DNA of 64,000 nucleotides, taken from positions 73,562 through 137,561 of the forward strand of contig NZ_JBCNLB010000009.1 in NCBI RefSeq assembly GCF_039595735.1, given 5' to 3'. Below are positions 19,553-28,169 of this stretch, one piece after another. The number at the start of each line of letters is the position of its first letter. Position 1 is the first letter of the stretch. The DNA comes from Duganella sp. GTDB taxonomy: Bacteria; Pseudomonadota; Gammaproteobacteria; Burkholderiales; Burkholderiaceae_D. The notes under the pieces are model-generated. The model saw only the letters and a list, made by a program, of their open reading frames with translations, did not search any database and was not told where the DNA came from. Both the position numbers and the translations under genes were made by a program.

Positions 19553-21799
19553 ATGAAAAAGCGTCTCTGGCTGTCTCTGGCACTGGCTTATCCACTCATT
19601 CTGACCGGCGCCGCGCACGCCGCAGACGCAAACCAACCCTGGCTGAATCCCGCGCAGTCGCCAGAAGCGCGTGCCGACCAGCTGGTCAAGGCCATGACGC
19701 TGGATGAAAAAATCCAGACCGTGTTCGCCTATTTCTCGACCGAGTTCTCGCCAAAGAAATACGAGCAGCCGAAAGACGGCCGTCCTGACTCGGCTGGCTG
19801 GGTGCCGGGCGTGCCACGCCTGGGCCTGCCATCGCAATGGCAGTCGGACGCCGGCGTCGGCGTCGCCACCCAGGCCGTGTCCAAGAAACCGTATGAGCGC
19901 ACTTCCCTGCCCTCGGGCCTGGCCACCACCGCCACCTGGAATCCGAAGCTGGCCTTCGCCGGCGGCGCCATGATCGGCAGCGAAGCCCGTTCGACCGGCT
20001 TCAACGTGCTGCTGGCCGGCGGCGTCAACCTGATGCGCGAGCCGCGCAATGGCCGTAACTTTGAATACGGCGGCGAAGATCCGCTGCTGGCCGGCATCAT
20101 GGTGGGCGAGCAGATTCGCGGTATTCAATCCAACCACATCATTTCCACCGTCAAGCACTACGCCTTCAACGACCAGGAAACCAACCGCAACCACGTCAAC
20201 GTCAAGATCGAAGACAAGGCTGGCCGCATGTCGGACCTGCTGGCGCTGCAATTCGCCATCGAGCGCGGCAATCCAGGCTCGGTCATGTGCGCCTACAACC
20301 GCGTCAACGGCGACTACGCCTGCGAGAGCGATTACCTGCTGAATGAAGTGCTGAAGCAGGACTGGAAATTCAAGGGCTACGTCATGTCCGACTGGGGCGC
20401 GACCCACTCCACCATCCCGGCCGCGCTGCGCGGCCTGGACCAGCAGTCCGGCTTCCCGTTCGACAAATCGGATTACTTCAACGCGCCGCTGAAAGAAGCG
20501 GTGGTCAACCGCCACGTGCCGCAGGCGCGTCTGGATGACATGGTCAAGCGCATCACCTGGGCCATGTTTGCCAACGGCGTGGTCGAGCATCCGGTGGCGA
20601 CGCCAACCTCGGCCGACGCCGGCATCGATTTCGACGCCCACGGCAAGGTCACCCAGGCCGACGCTGAAGAAGCCATCGTCCTGCTGAAGAACCACAACAA
20701 CCTGCTGCCGCTGGCGGCCGGCGTGCGCAGCGTCGCCATCATCGGCGGCCACGCCAACGTTGGCGTGCTGTCGGGCGGCGGCTCGGCCCAGGTGTATCCG
20801 AAAGGCGGCTCGGCCGTGCCGAACGAAGGCCCGACTTCGTTCCCTGGTCCGATCGTGTATCACCGTTCGTCGCCGATGGGCGAACTGGCCAAGCTGACCA
20901 AGGCCAAACTGAGCTACAACGACGGCAAGGACGTGGCCGCCGCGGCCAAGCTGGCCGCCAACAGCGACGTGGTGATCGTGTTCGGCACCCAGTGGATGGC
21001 CGAAAGCTTCGACTCGGACGATCTGAACCTGCCAAACAAACAGGATGACCTGATCGCCGCCGTGGCCAAAGCCAATCCGAAAACCGTGGTGGTGCTGCAG
21101 ACCGGCGGCCCGGTCGTGATGCCATGGCTGAACAATGTTGGCGCGGTGCTGGAAGCCTGGTATCCGGGCACCAACGGCGGCGCGGCCATCGCGCGCGTGC
21201 TGGCCGGTGAAGTCAACCCGTCCGGCCGCCTGCCGGCCACCTTCCCGGCCTCGCTGGCGCAGCTGCCGCGTCCAAAACTGGATGGCGACGCCAAGACCAA
21301 GGATGAAAACATCATCGAGAAGGTCACCACCGACTACAACATCGAAGGCGCAGCCGTCGGCTACAAGTGGTTCGACCTGAAAGGCCACAAGCCGCTGTTC
21401 CCATTCGGTTACGGCCTGTCCTACACCAGCTTCGCCTATGACGACTTGAGCGCGCAGGCTGCGGGCAACGGCATTGCCGTCACCTTCAGCATCAGGAACA
21501 CCGGCAAGCGCGATGGCAAGGCCGTCGGCCAGGTCTATGTGTCGCCAGTGTCGGGCGGCTGGGAAGCGCCAAAGCGCCTCGGCGGCTGGGACAAGCTGGA
21601 GCTGAAAGCCGGCGCCAGCGGCAAGGCCACGGTGCAGATCGATCCGCGTCTGCTCGGCGTGTACGACAGCGCCAGCAAGACCTGGAAGATCGCCGCCGGC
21701 GAGTACCTGGTCACGCTGGCTGATTCGGCCGGCGCCAAGCCAGCCGCCAGCGTCAAGGTCAAGCTGGACGCCAAAACGGTGGACGTCAACGGCCGTTAA
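19553..21799 (+). CDS. Secreted GH3 beta-glucosidase
   Basis: Sec signal peptide; NLMREPRNGRNFEYGGEDP, VKHYAFN, VMSDWGA nucleophile; C-terminal Fn3-like domain. Confidence 0.95.
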   Translation: MKKRLWLSLALAYPLILTGAAHAADANQPWLNPAQSPEARADQLVKAMTLDEKIQTVFAYFSTEFSPKKYEQPKDGRPDSAGWVPGVPRLGLPSQWQSDAGVGVATQAVSKKPYERTSLPSGLATTATWNPKLAFAGGAMIGSEARSTGFNVLLAGGVNLMREPRNGRNFEYGGEDPLLAGIMVGEQIRGIQSNHIISTVKHYAFNDQETNRNHVNVKIEDKAGRMSDLLALQFAIERGNPGSVMCAYNRVNGDYACESDYLLNEVLKQDWKFKGYVMSDWGATHSTIPAALRGLDQQSGFPFDKSDYFNAPLKEAVVNRHVPQARLDDMVKRITWAMFANGVVEHPVATPTSADAGIDFDAHGKVTQADAEEAIVLLKNHNNLLPLAAGVRSVAIIGGHANVGVLSGGGSAQVYPKGGSAVPNEGPTSFPGPIVYHRSSPMGELAKLTKAKLSYNDGKDVAAAAKLAANSDVVIVFGTQWMAESFDSDDLNLPNKQDDLIAAVAKANPKTVVVLQTGGPVVMPWLNNVGAVLEAWYPGTNGGAAIARVLAGEVNPSGRLPATFPASLAQLPRPKLDGDAKTKDENIIEKVTTDYNIEGAAVGYKWFDLKGHKPLFPFGYGLSYTSFAYDDLSAQAAGNGIAVTFSIRNTGKRDGKAVGQVYVSPVSGGWEAPKRLGGWDKLELKAGASGKATVQIDPRLLGVYDSASKTWKIAAGEYLVTLADSAGAKPAASVKVKLDAKTVDVNGR

Positions 21800-22638
21800 T
21801 CCTCCGGCGCCGACAAGGCCGCAAGCAATGGGCCTGGGCCTTGTCGGAAAGTCCGCTTGAGGATGGCTTCATCAAAATAACGTGCGTAGAGGGTGCGGAT
21901 ATCCTGCTCCGCCACCATCGCTTTGAGGGTGGCGGCGTAGCGCTGGCGCACCGCTTCCGGCACGGTTTTCTTGGACAGGTAAATGCCGGTGAAACGCGCG
22001 CCGGCTTCCGCCACCGGAATCACCACGGCGCGCTCCTGCAAGTGCTTGTGCTTCAGGTATTTGCCATAGATCGGCGGCGTGGCCAGGGTGCCGTCGGCGC
22101 GCCCCATCTCCAGCTTGCCGAACACGGTTTCATAATCATTCACCACTTCCAGCCGGCCGGCGGCGGCCAGCAGCGCCAGCTGCGCGTCGATGGCGGCGCC
22201 ATACGTCACGCCGCGCGTGACGTTGAGCCGGCCGCTGCCATGCGCCACGAAATCGGCCAGGCTGCGGTACTGGCGCGCCGGCGCGGCGGCCAGCACCAGA
22301 TCATATTGCAGGTAGGCGTAAGGCAGGTGGCGCGCATAGGCGTCACGCTCCGGCGTGCGGGCCGAGCCCATGGTCATGTCGATATGGCCGGCCGCCAGCT
22401 CGATGAACAGGCGCTGGCGCGGATACCAGTGAAATTCAAACTTGCAGCCGGTGCGGCGCGCCATTTCGTTGGCGATCTCGACCGCGATGCCGCTGATGCG
22501 GCCCTGCTCGCGGTAAGCCGTGTAGCCGAGGTCGCTCAGGCCGACCCGCGTGACCGGCGGACAGGCCGCACCAGCCCACACGCTGGGCAATGTGCAGTAC
22601 AACAGGGCGACCACCAGCAAGCGATTGCGTCTCATCAT
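21796..22638 (-). CDS. Stand-alone periplasmic substrate-binding protein (family 3-like)
   Basis: Signal peptide; GIAVEIANEMARRTGC, YPRQRLFIELAAGHID and LEMGRAD. Confidence 0.75.
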   Translation of the reverse strand: MMRRNRLLVVALLYCTLPSVWAGAACPPVTRVGLSDLGYTAYREQGRISGIAVEIANEMARRTGCKFEFHWYPRQRLFIELAAGHIDMTMGSARTPERDAYARHLPYAYLQYDLVLAAAPARQYRSLADFVAHGSGRLNVTRGVTYGAAIDAQLALLAAAGRLEVVNDYETVFGKLEMGRADGTLATPPIYGKYLKHKHLQERAVVIPVAEAGARFTGIYLSKKTVPEAVRQRYAATLKAMVAEQDIRTLYARYFDEAILKRTFRQGPGPLLAALSAPED

Positions 22639-22767
22639 GAACTCTTAGCGGGAAGTAACGATGAGTGTATCTTAGGCTGATCGCTGGCCGCGAGGAAGGC
22701 ACATCCCTGCAAAATCTGTTTGCAACAGTGCAAAGGGCGGCGCGGCGACGGCGCTACACTATCCGGC

Positions 22768-23964
22768 ATGATGAAGCTCCCCCCAGCCAAGCAAGCCGAG
22801 TTGCATCGCGCCCTGCAGGACGCGGCAGACGATCACGCCTTGCTGTCGGCGCCGCCGGGGCTTGAGCTGCTGGCCGGCACGCCGCCGCTGCCGACCGCCC
22901 ACATCGTCGACAGCGAACTGCACATCGTGCGCCACAAGGACAGCGGCTGCGTGCAGTTCCTGTTTCCATCGTCGACGCAGGGCATGATGCCGCAGGGTTG
23001 GGACTGGATCGTGCAAGGCACCTTGCGCGCCAAGGAGCACATCACGCAAACCATGATCGAACGCATCGAGGAGCACAGCAAGCCGGAGCGTCTGCTGTCG
23101 CTGCGCCATGGCTACGGCCAGCCGGCCACGCCGGAGGAGCTGGCGGCGGCGCGCGGGCGCAAGGTGCTGTTGCTGGTGCACGGCGTCTTCAGCTCCAGCG
23201 CCGGCGCGTTTGGCGCGCTCGACTTGCAGCCCTTGCTGGCGCGCTACGAGGGCCGCGTTTTTGCCTACGACCACTGGACCATCGCCAAGACGCCGCAGCG
23301 CAATGCACTCGACCTGCTGCTGTCGCTGCCGGCGGATGCCGGCTGGGAAATCGACATGGTTTGCCACAGCCGCGGCGGGCTGGTGGTGCGTTCGCTGCTG
23401 AGCGAGGCCCTGGCCGAGGTGGCACGGGCGCGTGCCGGGCGCATCGCTGCGGTCGGCAAGGTGATGTTCATCGCCGCGGCTAATCAGGGCTCGCCGCTGG
23501 CTTCATCTGACGAGATCGAGCATTTCCTGAACGTGGCGGCCATGCTGGCTTCGCTCAGCAATGGCATGGCCTTGGACATCGTGATCGGGCTGGCGCGCAT
23601 GGTGGTGTCGCTGGGCTACAGTCGCCCCAGCGTGCAGGCGCTGGCCAGCGGCTCGGCGCTGATCGGACAACTGGACCGCGGCGCCAGCCTGCTGACCGAG
23701 GCCAACAGCTACTACGCGCGCGCCAACTTCGATTACGGCGATTCGCTGCTGGAACGCACCGGCGCCCTGCTCTCGCGCGTGCTGCTGAATACCGCCAACG
23801 ACATGGTAGTCCCTTACGCCGGCGTCCTGCTCCCGCGGGCCGTCCCGGCCGTCGACCACATCCTCAACTTCGGCAGCGCCGAGCAAAAACAAAACGAAGT
23901 CTGGCATACCGAGTTCTTCAGCCATCCCAGAACGCAAGCGTTCCTGCTGGCCAGCCTGAGCTAG
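22768..23964 (+). CDS. Alpha/beta-hydrolase (lipase-like)
   Basis: LLLVHGVFSS oxyanion segment, VCHSRGGLVVRS nucleophile elbow, AAANQGSPLA, NDMVVP and late WHTEFF. Confidence 0.75.
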   Translation: MMKLPPAKQAELHRALQDAADDHALLSAPPGLELLAGTPPLPTAHIVDSELHIVRHKDSGCVQFLFPSSTQGMMPQGWDWIVQGTLRAKEHITQTMIERIEEHSKPERLLSLRHGYGQPATPEELAAARGRKVLLLVHGVFSSSAGAFGALDLQPLLARYEGRVFAYDHWTIAKTPQRNALDLLLSLPADAGWEIDMVCHSRGGLVVRSLLSEALAEVARARAGRIAAVGKVMFIAAANQGSPLASSDEIEHFLNVAAMLASLSNGMALDIVIGLARMVVSLGYSRPSVQALASGSALIGQLDRGASLLTEANSYYARANFDYGDSLLERTGALLSRVLLNTANDMVVPYAGVLLPRAVPAVDHILNFGSAEQKQNEVWHTEFFSHPRTQAFLLASLS

Positions 23965-24218
23965 CGCCCCAGCCGCGCCCAATGCGCCCGCACTATCTCT
24001 TCATGATGTCGGCGCAACTCTGCTTCAAAACGCTTAGGATTTTCCTTCACATAGTCAAAGAATTTCCATATTTCCGCATCAGGATTGGGCGGACCTTGAA
24101 AATAGGTCGGCACCAGATTGGCAATGTCATCGTGCACGCCGCCTACCAGCATCGGTGCCTCGCCCAGCAAGTATCGACGGAATTCCTCAATGCCTTCCAG
24201 AATACCCTTGGTATCCAT
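23961..24218 (-). CDS. 85-aa protein, degenerate HigA-like antitoxin candidate
   Basis: SD GGAGGT before ATG 24218; ILEGIEEFRRYLLGE N-terminal helix and QGPPNPD...YVKENP resemble HigA termini. Confidence 0.6.
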   Translation of the reverse strand: MDTKGILEGIEEFRRYLLGEAPMLVGGVHDDIANLVPTYFQGPPNPDAEIWKFFDYVKENPKRFEAELRRHHEEIVRAHWARLGR

Positions 24219-24246
24219 AATATTCACCTCCGATGTTTTGAGATAT

Positions 24247-24555
24247 CTATAAACCAAGAAAGTTCCCAAGCCGTCGGAAACAACCTGGAGGCCGCGAACC
24301 ATGCCACTCCACTTTTTCAACATCCATAAAACAGACGGCCCGGAATAAAGGTTCGTAAGAGTAATAGACAACGCAGCCGCCGAAATCCAGTGATCGCGAA
24401 TTCCGGGAACCGCGCAGTCTGGCTCCGATTTCCGGCTCCTCCGCAACCAGAAGCTTTAGCGCGCGAAACTCTACGGCACTAAGAGTGAGGTAAAGATTTT
24501 TTGAGAACCTGCCGCTAAATGCAAACTGCACCGGAGATTTGGATTCGGACGCCAT
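24247..24555 (-). CDS. 102-aa protein, degenerate RelE/HigB-like toxin candidate
   Basis: SD GGAGGT before ATG 24555; LSAVEFRALKLLVAEEPEIGARLRGSRNSRSLDFGGCVVYYSY follows the HigB-2/RelE pattern. Confidence 0.62.
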   Translation of the reverse strand: MASESKSPVQFAFSGRFSKNLYLTLSAVEFRALKLLVAEEPEIGARLRGSRNSRSLDFGGCVVYYSYEPLFRAVCFMDVEKVEWHGSRPPGCFRRLGNFLGL

Positions 24556-24620
24556 AACGACCTCCGGGAAGGGATAATGCTCTATTGTGCGGAGTGGTAA
24601 GCGGCACCTTCTGATCCAGA

Positions 24621-24911
24621 TCAACCGGACGCGGGGGTTTTGCGGCGGCGGCGGGCGTGTTTGGGGTCGGCGATCAGGGGACGGTAGAGTTCGATGCGGT
24701 CGTGCTCGCGCAGGATGGTGTCGCGCGGTTTTTTCTTGGCGTAGATGCCGGTTTCCAGCGTGTTCACATCCACACCCGGCAGTTCCGCCGCCAGGGCGCT
24801 GAGGGCGACCGCCTGCTCCAGCGTGGTGCCCACCGGTACTTGCAGCGCGCGCAGGAACTGCAGCGTGTCGCTGGCATAGCACACCTGGATGGGGATGGTT
24901 TCAGCCGCCAT
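24621..24911 (-). CDS. rnfH: RnfH family ubiquitin-like protein
   Basis: IQVCYA, GIYAKK and DRIELYRPLIADPK...RRRR. Confidence 0.93.
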   Translation of the reverse strand: MAAETIPIQVCYASDTLQFLRALQVPVGTTLEQAVALSALAAELPGVDVNTLETGIYAKKKPRDTILREHDRIELYRPLIADPKHARRRRKTPASG

Positions 24912-25335
24912 ACACCGTTTCCGCCCGTTTGCAGAAGGAGTCCACCATGCTGTTGGCAATCATGCCAAACACCGGACCTACCAGCTTGGCCAGCAAGGCG
25001 CTGGAAAATTCATAGTGCAGGTCGAGGTCGATCTTGCAGGCATCGTCGCGCAGCGCCTTGAAGGTCCACACGCCATCCAGGCACTTGAAAGGACCGTCCA
25101 CCAGCGTCATCTTGATGGCAGCGCCAGGCACGTTTTCATTGGCAGTGGTAAAGCTTTGCTTGACGCCGTGGTAGTTGATGCCAACACTGGCCACCACCGT
25201 GTCGCCATGGCGTTCCTTGATCTCCACACCACCGCACCATGGCAAGAATTTGGGATAGTCCTCGATGGCAGCCACCAGATCGAACATTTGTTGGGCGCTG
25301 TAACCGAGTAAAACTGATTTGTGTACTACTGCCAT
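24901..25335 (-). CDS. ratA: RatA/PasT (Coq10-like START domain) protein
   Basis: YSAQQMFDLVAAIEDYPKFLPWC, LVDGPFKCLDGVWTF and MVDSFCKRA. Confidence 0.95.
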   Translation of the reverse strand: MAVVHKSVLLGYSAQQMFDLVAAIEDYPKFLPWCGGVEIKERHGDTVVASVGINYHGVKQSFTTANENVPGAAIKMTLVDGPFKCLDGVWTFKALRDDACKIDLDLHYEFSSALLAKLVGPVFGMIANSMVDSFCKRAETVYGG

Positions 25336-25410
25336 GTGCTAACCATTTGCTATGATGTTGAATTATTCGCGCTGTACAGCGCAAAGCAGTAGTTTAACCG
25401 ATACCATCTC

Positions 25411-25860
25411 ATGACCATAGCCGATAACAAAAAAGCCTTTTTTGACTACTTCATCGAGGACCGCTTTGAAGCGGGCATCGTGCTGGAAGGCTGGGAAGTC
25501 AAGGCCATCCGCGACAACAAGGTGCAGATCAAGGAAGCCTACGTCACCATCAAGGGCGACGAGCTGTTCCTGTTTGGCGCCCACATCAGCGCGCTGCCGA
25601 CCGCCTCCACCCATATCACGCCCGACATGGTGCGCACCCGCAAGCTGCTGCTGCATCGGCAGGAAATCGACAAGCTGATCGGCAAAGTCACGCGCGCCGG
25701 CTACACCCTGGTGCCGCTCAACCTGCATTACAAGGCCGGCCGCATCAAATGTGAAATCGGCCTGGCAAAAGGCAAGAAAATGCATGATAAACGTGCCACG
25801 GAGAAAGATCGCGACGGCAAGCGCGAGGTTGCGCAGGCGATGAAAACCCACCGCCGCTAA
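25411..25860 (+). CDS. smpB: SsrA-binding protein
   Basis: [32 protein letters not shown] and GKKMHDKR. Confidence 0.98.
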   Translation: MTIADNKKAFFDYFIEDRFEAGIVLEGWEVKAIRDNKVQIKEAYVTIKGDELFLFGAHISALPTASTHITPDMVRTRKLLLHRQEIDKLIGKVTRAGYTLVPLNLHYKAGRIKCEIGLAKGKKMHDKRATEKDRDGKREVAQAMKTHRR

Positions 25861-25880
25861 AACTGTTGCGCACTCTGTAC

Positions 25881-25907
25881 AAAACCCGGTCCCGCACCGG
25901 GTTTTTT
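25881..25907 (+). terminator. smpB terminator
   Basis: AAAACCCGGT-CCCGC-ACCGGGTTTTTT. Confidence 0.88.
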
Positions 25908-25995
25908 ATCGTCTGGAGAATTTCTAATTAGAAACATCCATGCTAAACTGGATGGCAAACGATTTTACATTCGCACCTTTGACGATGAGGCAATC

Positions 25996-26688
25996 ATGGC
26001 GCTGAAAACTGCAATGGCTCTGGCCGCCGGAATTCTGCTGGCAGGATGCGCGGCGCGCTACACGCCGGCGCCGCTGGCGGCCAACTTCCCCACCACCAAG
26101 CAGGCCAAACTGCAGGCGGCTTACCACTGGGGCGTCATTTCCGACAATATCGAGAAACAGGTGGCGGCCGAGCTCAAGAAGAGCCCGCCACGCCCGGTGT
26201 ATATCAATGAACCGAAAGACCCGACGCCGTTCCAGCGCGCGCTGGCCACCCAGCTGACCACCTCGCTGGTGAACGATGGCCATGTGGTCTCGCGCACGCC
26301 GGCCGGCTCGCTCAAGGTCGATCTGGATGTGCAGGCCGTGACCTTCAGCGCCAACCGTCCGCAATACCGCTACCACGGCGAGCGCGCCATCCTGGGCGCC
26401 GGCGTCTGGCTGCTGAGCGAGATCGAGGCGCCGGCCCTGTTCAACGTGGCGGCCGGCGCCGGCGCCTGGGACGCTTACGACTGGTTCAACGCCCAGTTCG
26501 CACCAGGCGCCACGCCGAAGACCGAAATCATCGTCACCGTCTCGGTGTCCGACCAGTACCGCTATCTGGCGCGCAACACCTCGGCCTACTACGTGGCCGA
26601 CAGCGACCGCGTGCTGTACGGCATAGTCGATCCCAAGCCCGAAGAACCCAAACTGACCCGTACCTTCCAGGTACGCGGAGACATGTAA
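25996..26688 (+). CDS. Lipoprotein of unknown function
   Basis: Lipobox LAGC; stop codon overlaps the start of the FlgO-like gene. Confidence 0.8.
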   Translation: MALKTAMALAAGILLAGCAARYTPAPLAANFPTTKQAKLQAAYHWGVISDNIEKQVAAELKKSPPRPVYINEPKDPTPFQRALATQLTTSLVNDGHVVSRTPAGSLKVDLDVQAVTFSANRPQYRYHGERAILGAGVWLLSEIEAPALFNVAAGAGAWDAYDWFNAQFAPGATPKTEIIVTVSVSDQYRYLARNTSAYYVADSDRVLYGIVDPKPEEPKLTRTFQVRGDM

Positions 26689-27239
26689 TGCTGAAAACCG
26701 TCTTGCGCACCGCCCTGCTGGCCGCGCCGCTGCTGCTGGCCGCCTGCTCCTCCACGCCGAAACAGGAAGAAGGCAATTACGCCACCATTTCTTCCAACCA
26801 GTTCATCAACGCCAACTACAAGGCCGCCGACGCCCTGCTGCAGCAACTGAGCGGCAAACTGGTGGCCGACAAGCCGTTGATCATGGCCACCGTGGTAAAT
26901 ATCGACGCGCTGGAGCAGACCACCACGCTGGGGCGGCTGGTGTCCGAGCAGCTGTCCACGCGCATGGCGCAAGGCGGCCTGAGCATGCTGGAAATGAAGC
27001 TGCGTAACAGCGTCTACCTGAAACGCAACCAGGGCGAGCTGATGCTCACGCGCGAGATTGGCGAAGTGGCCAACAGCCACAATGCGCAAGCGATTGTGGT
27101 GGGGTCGTACGCGGAGACCAGCGACATGGTGTTCATCAACGTCAAGGTGATCCAGCCCAACACCAACTTCGTGCTGGCCGGGCACGACTACGTGCTGGCG
27201 AAAGAAGCCATCGTCCGCTCCATGCTGCAGCGAAATTAA
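26688..27239 (+). CDS. FlgO-family outer membrane lipoprotein
   Basis: Lipobox LAAC; ATVVNIDAL...LGRLVSEQL...LEMKLR...GELMLTRE...IVVGSY pattern. Confidence 0.8.
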   Translation: MLKTVLRTALLAAPLLLAACSSTPKQEEGNYATISSNQFINANYKAADALLQQLSGKLVADKPLIMATVVNIDALEQTTTLGRLVSEQLSTRMAQGGLSMLEMKLRNSVYLKRNQGELMLTREIGEVANSHNAQAIVVGSYAETSDMVFINVKVIQPNTNFVLAGHDYVLAKEAIVRSMLQRN

Positions 27240-28070
27240 TCAGAGCAGCAGCGGCAGCACCTCCACTGCCGACGCCTCCACCTTCAAGCCGATCAAGTCA
27301 TCCGCCCGGGTTTTGCCGAGATTGATGGCCGCGATCGGCTTGTCTGCCTGCGCCGCCAGCTTGGCGAAGCGGTAGCCGGAAAACACCATCAGCGACGATC
27401 CCACCACCAGCACCGCGTCCGCCTCCCCGGCCATGGCCAGGGCATCGGCGGTGCGCTGCGGCGGGATATTATCGCCAAAGAAGATCACATCCGGCTGCAG
27501 CGTGCCGCCGCAAGCGCTGCAGTATGGCAGCTGAAAATCCTGGAACTCATCCAGTTCGACCTCGGCATCGCCATCGGGACGCGCTTCCGGCACCACCTCG
27601 CCGGCCGGCCCGGTCGGCACCAGCGCCGGATTGGCCTGCGCCAGCCATGCCTGAATCTCGGCGCGCGGATGCACCATGCGGCAATCAAGGCACAGCACGC
27701 CGTGGATATTCCCATGCAGCTCGATCAGCTTGCGGCTGCCGGCGCGCGTATGCAGGCCATCGACATTTTGCGTGATGATGCCGTGGATGCGTCCGGCCGC
27801 TTCCAGTTCGGCCAGCGCGTGGTGGCCGGCATTGGGCGAGGCGCCGGCCAGGGTCGGATAGCCGGCCATGCTGCGCGCCCAGTAGCGGCGGCGCACCGCC
27901 TCGGACTTGCGGAAATCCGGCCCCTGAATCGGATTACGGCCGCGGCGCACGCCATCCTTGTCGCGGTAATCGGGAATGCCGGACGCGGTGCTGAGACCGG
28001 CGCCGGTCAGCACCAGCACGCGCCGGTGGCGGTGCAAAAAAGCCAATAGTTGTTCGATTTGCTGGTTCAT
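27240..28070 (-). CDS. NAD-dependent deacylase (sirtuin, class II/SIRT4-like)
   Basis: GAGLSTASGIPDYR, TQNVDGLH, HG, two CxxC motifs, PDVIFFG and GSSLMVFSGYRF. Confidence 0.95.
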   Translation of the reverse strand: MNQQIEQLLAFLHRHRRVLVLTGAGLSTASGIPDYRDKDGVRRGRNPIQGPDFRKSEAVRRRYWARSMAGYPTLAGASPNAGHHALAELEAAGRIHGIITQNVDGLHTRAGSRKLIELHGNIHGVLCLDCRMVHPRAEIQAWLAQANPALVPTGPAGEVVPEARPDGDAEVELDEFQDFQLPYCSACGGTLQPDVIFFGDNIPPQRTADALAMAGEADAVLVVGSSLMVFSGYRFAKLAAQADKPIAAINLGKTRADDLIGLKVEASAVEVLPLLL

Positions 28071-28078
28071 ATATTCAC

Positions 28079-28167
28079 TCCGGGGTCAGGTCCGCCATTT
28101 CTACACGGTCTCAGCCGTAGCGACGCTACGGCTGAGACCGTGTAGAAATGGCGGACCTGACCCCGGA
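28079..28167. repeat. 89-bp perfect palindrome (REP/REPIN-like)
   Basis: 44-bp arm TCCGGGGTCAGGTCCGCCATTTCTACACGGTCTCAGCCGTAGCG, a single A at 28123, then the exact reverse complement. Confidence 0.95.
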
Positions 28168-28169
28168 TT

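Noticed and set aside
24247-24882. 211-aa and 161-aa ORF-track calls over the rnfH downstream region
   Set aside because: Their N-terminal extensions overlap rnfH or the neighbouring ORF. Strong SDs place the real starts at 24555 and 24218.
24621-25335. ratA-rnfH as a toxin-antitoxin system
   Set aside because: The pair is a conserved core locus. RatA/PasT is a Coq10-like ubiquinone-related protein, so the TA label is doubtful and not novel.
24000-25990. tmRNA (ssrA) expected near smpB
   Set aside because: No tRNA-Ala-like ends or tag reading frame were seen; the space is filled by ORFs.
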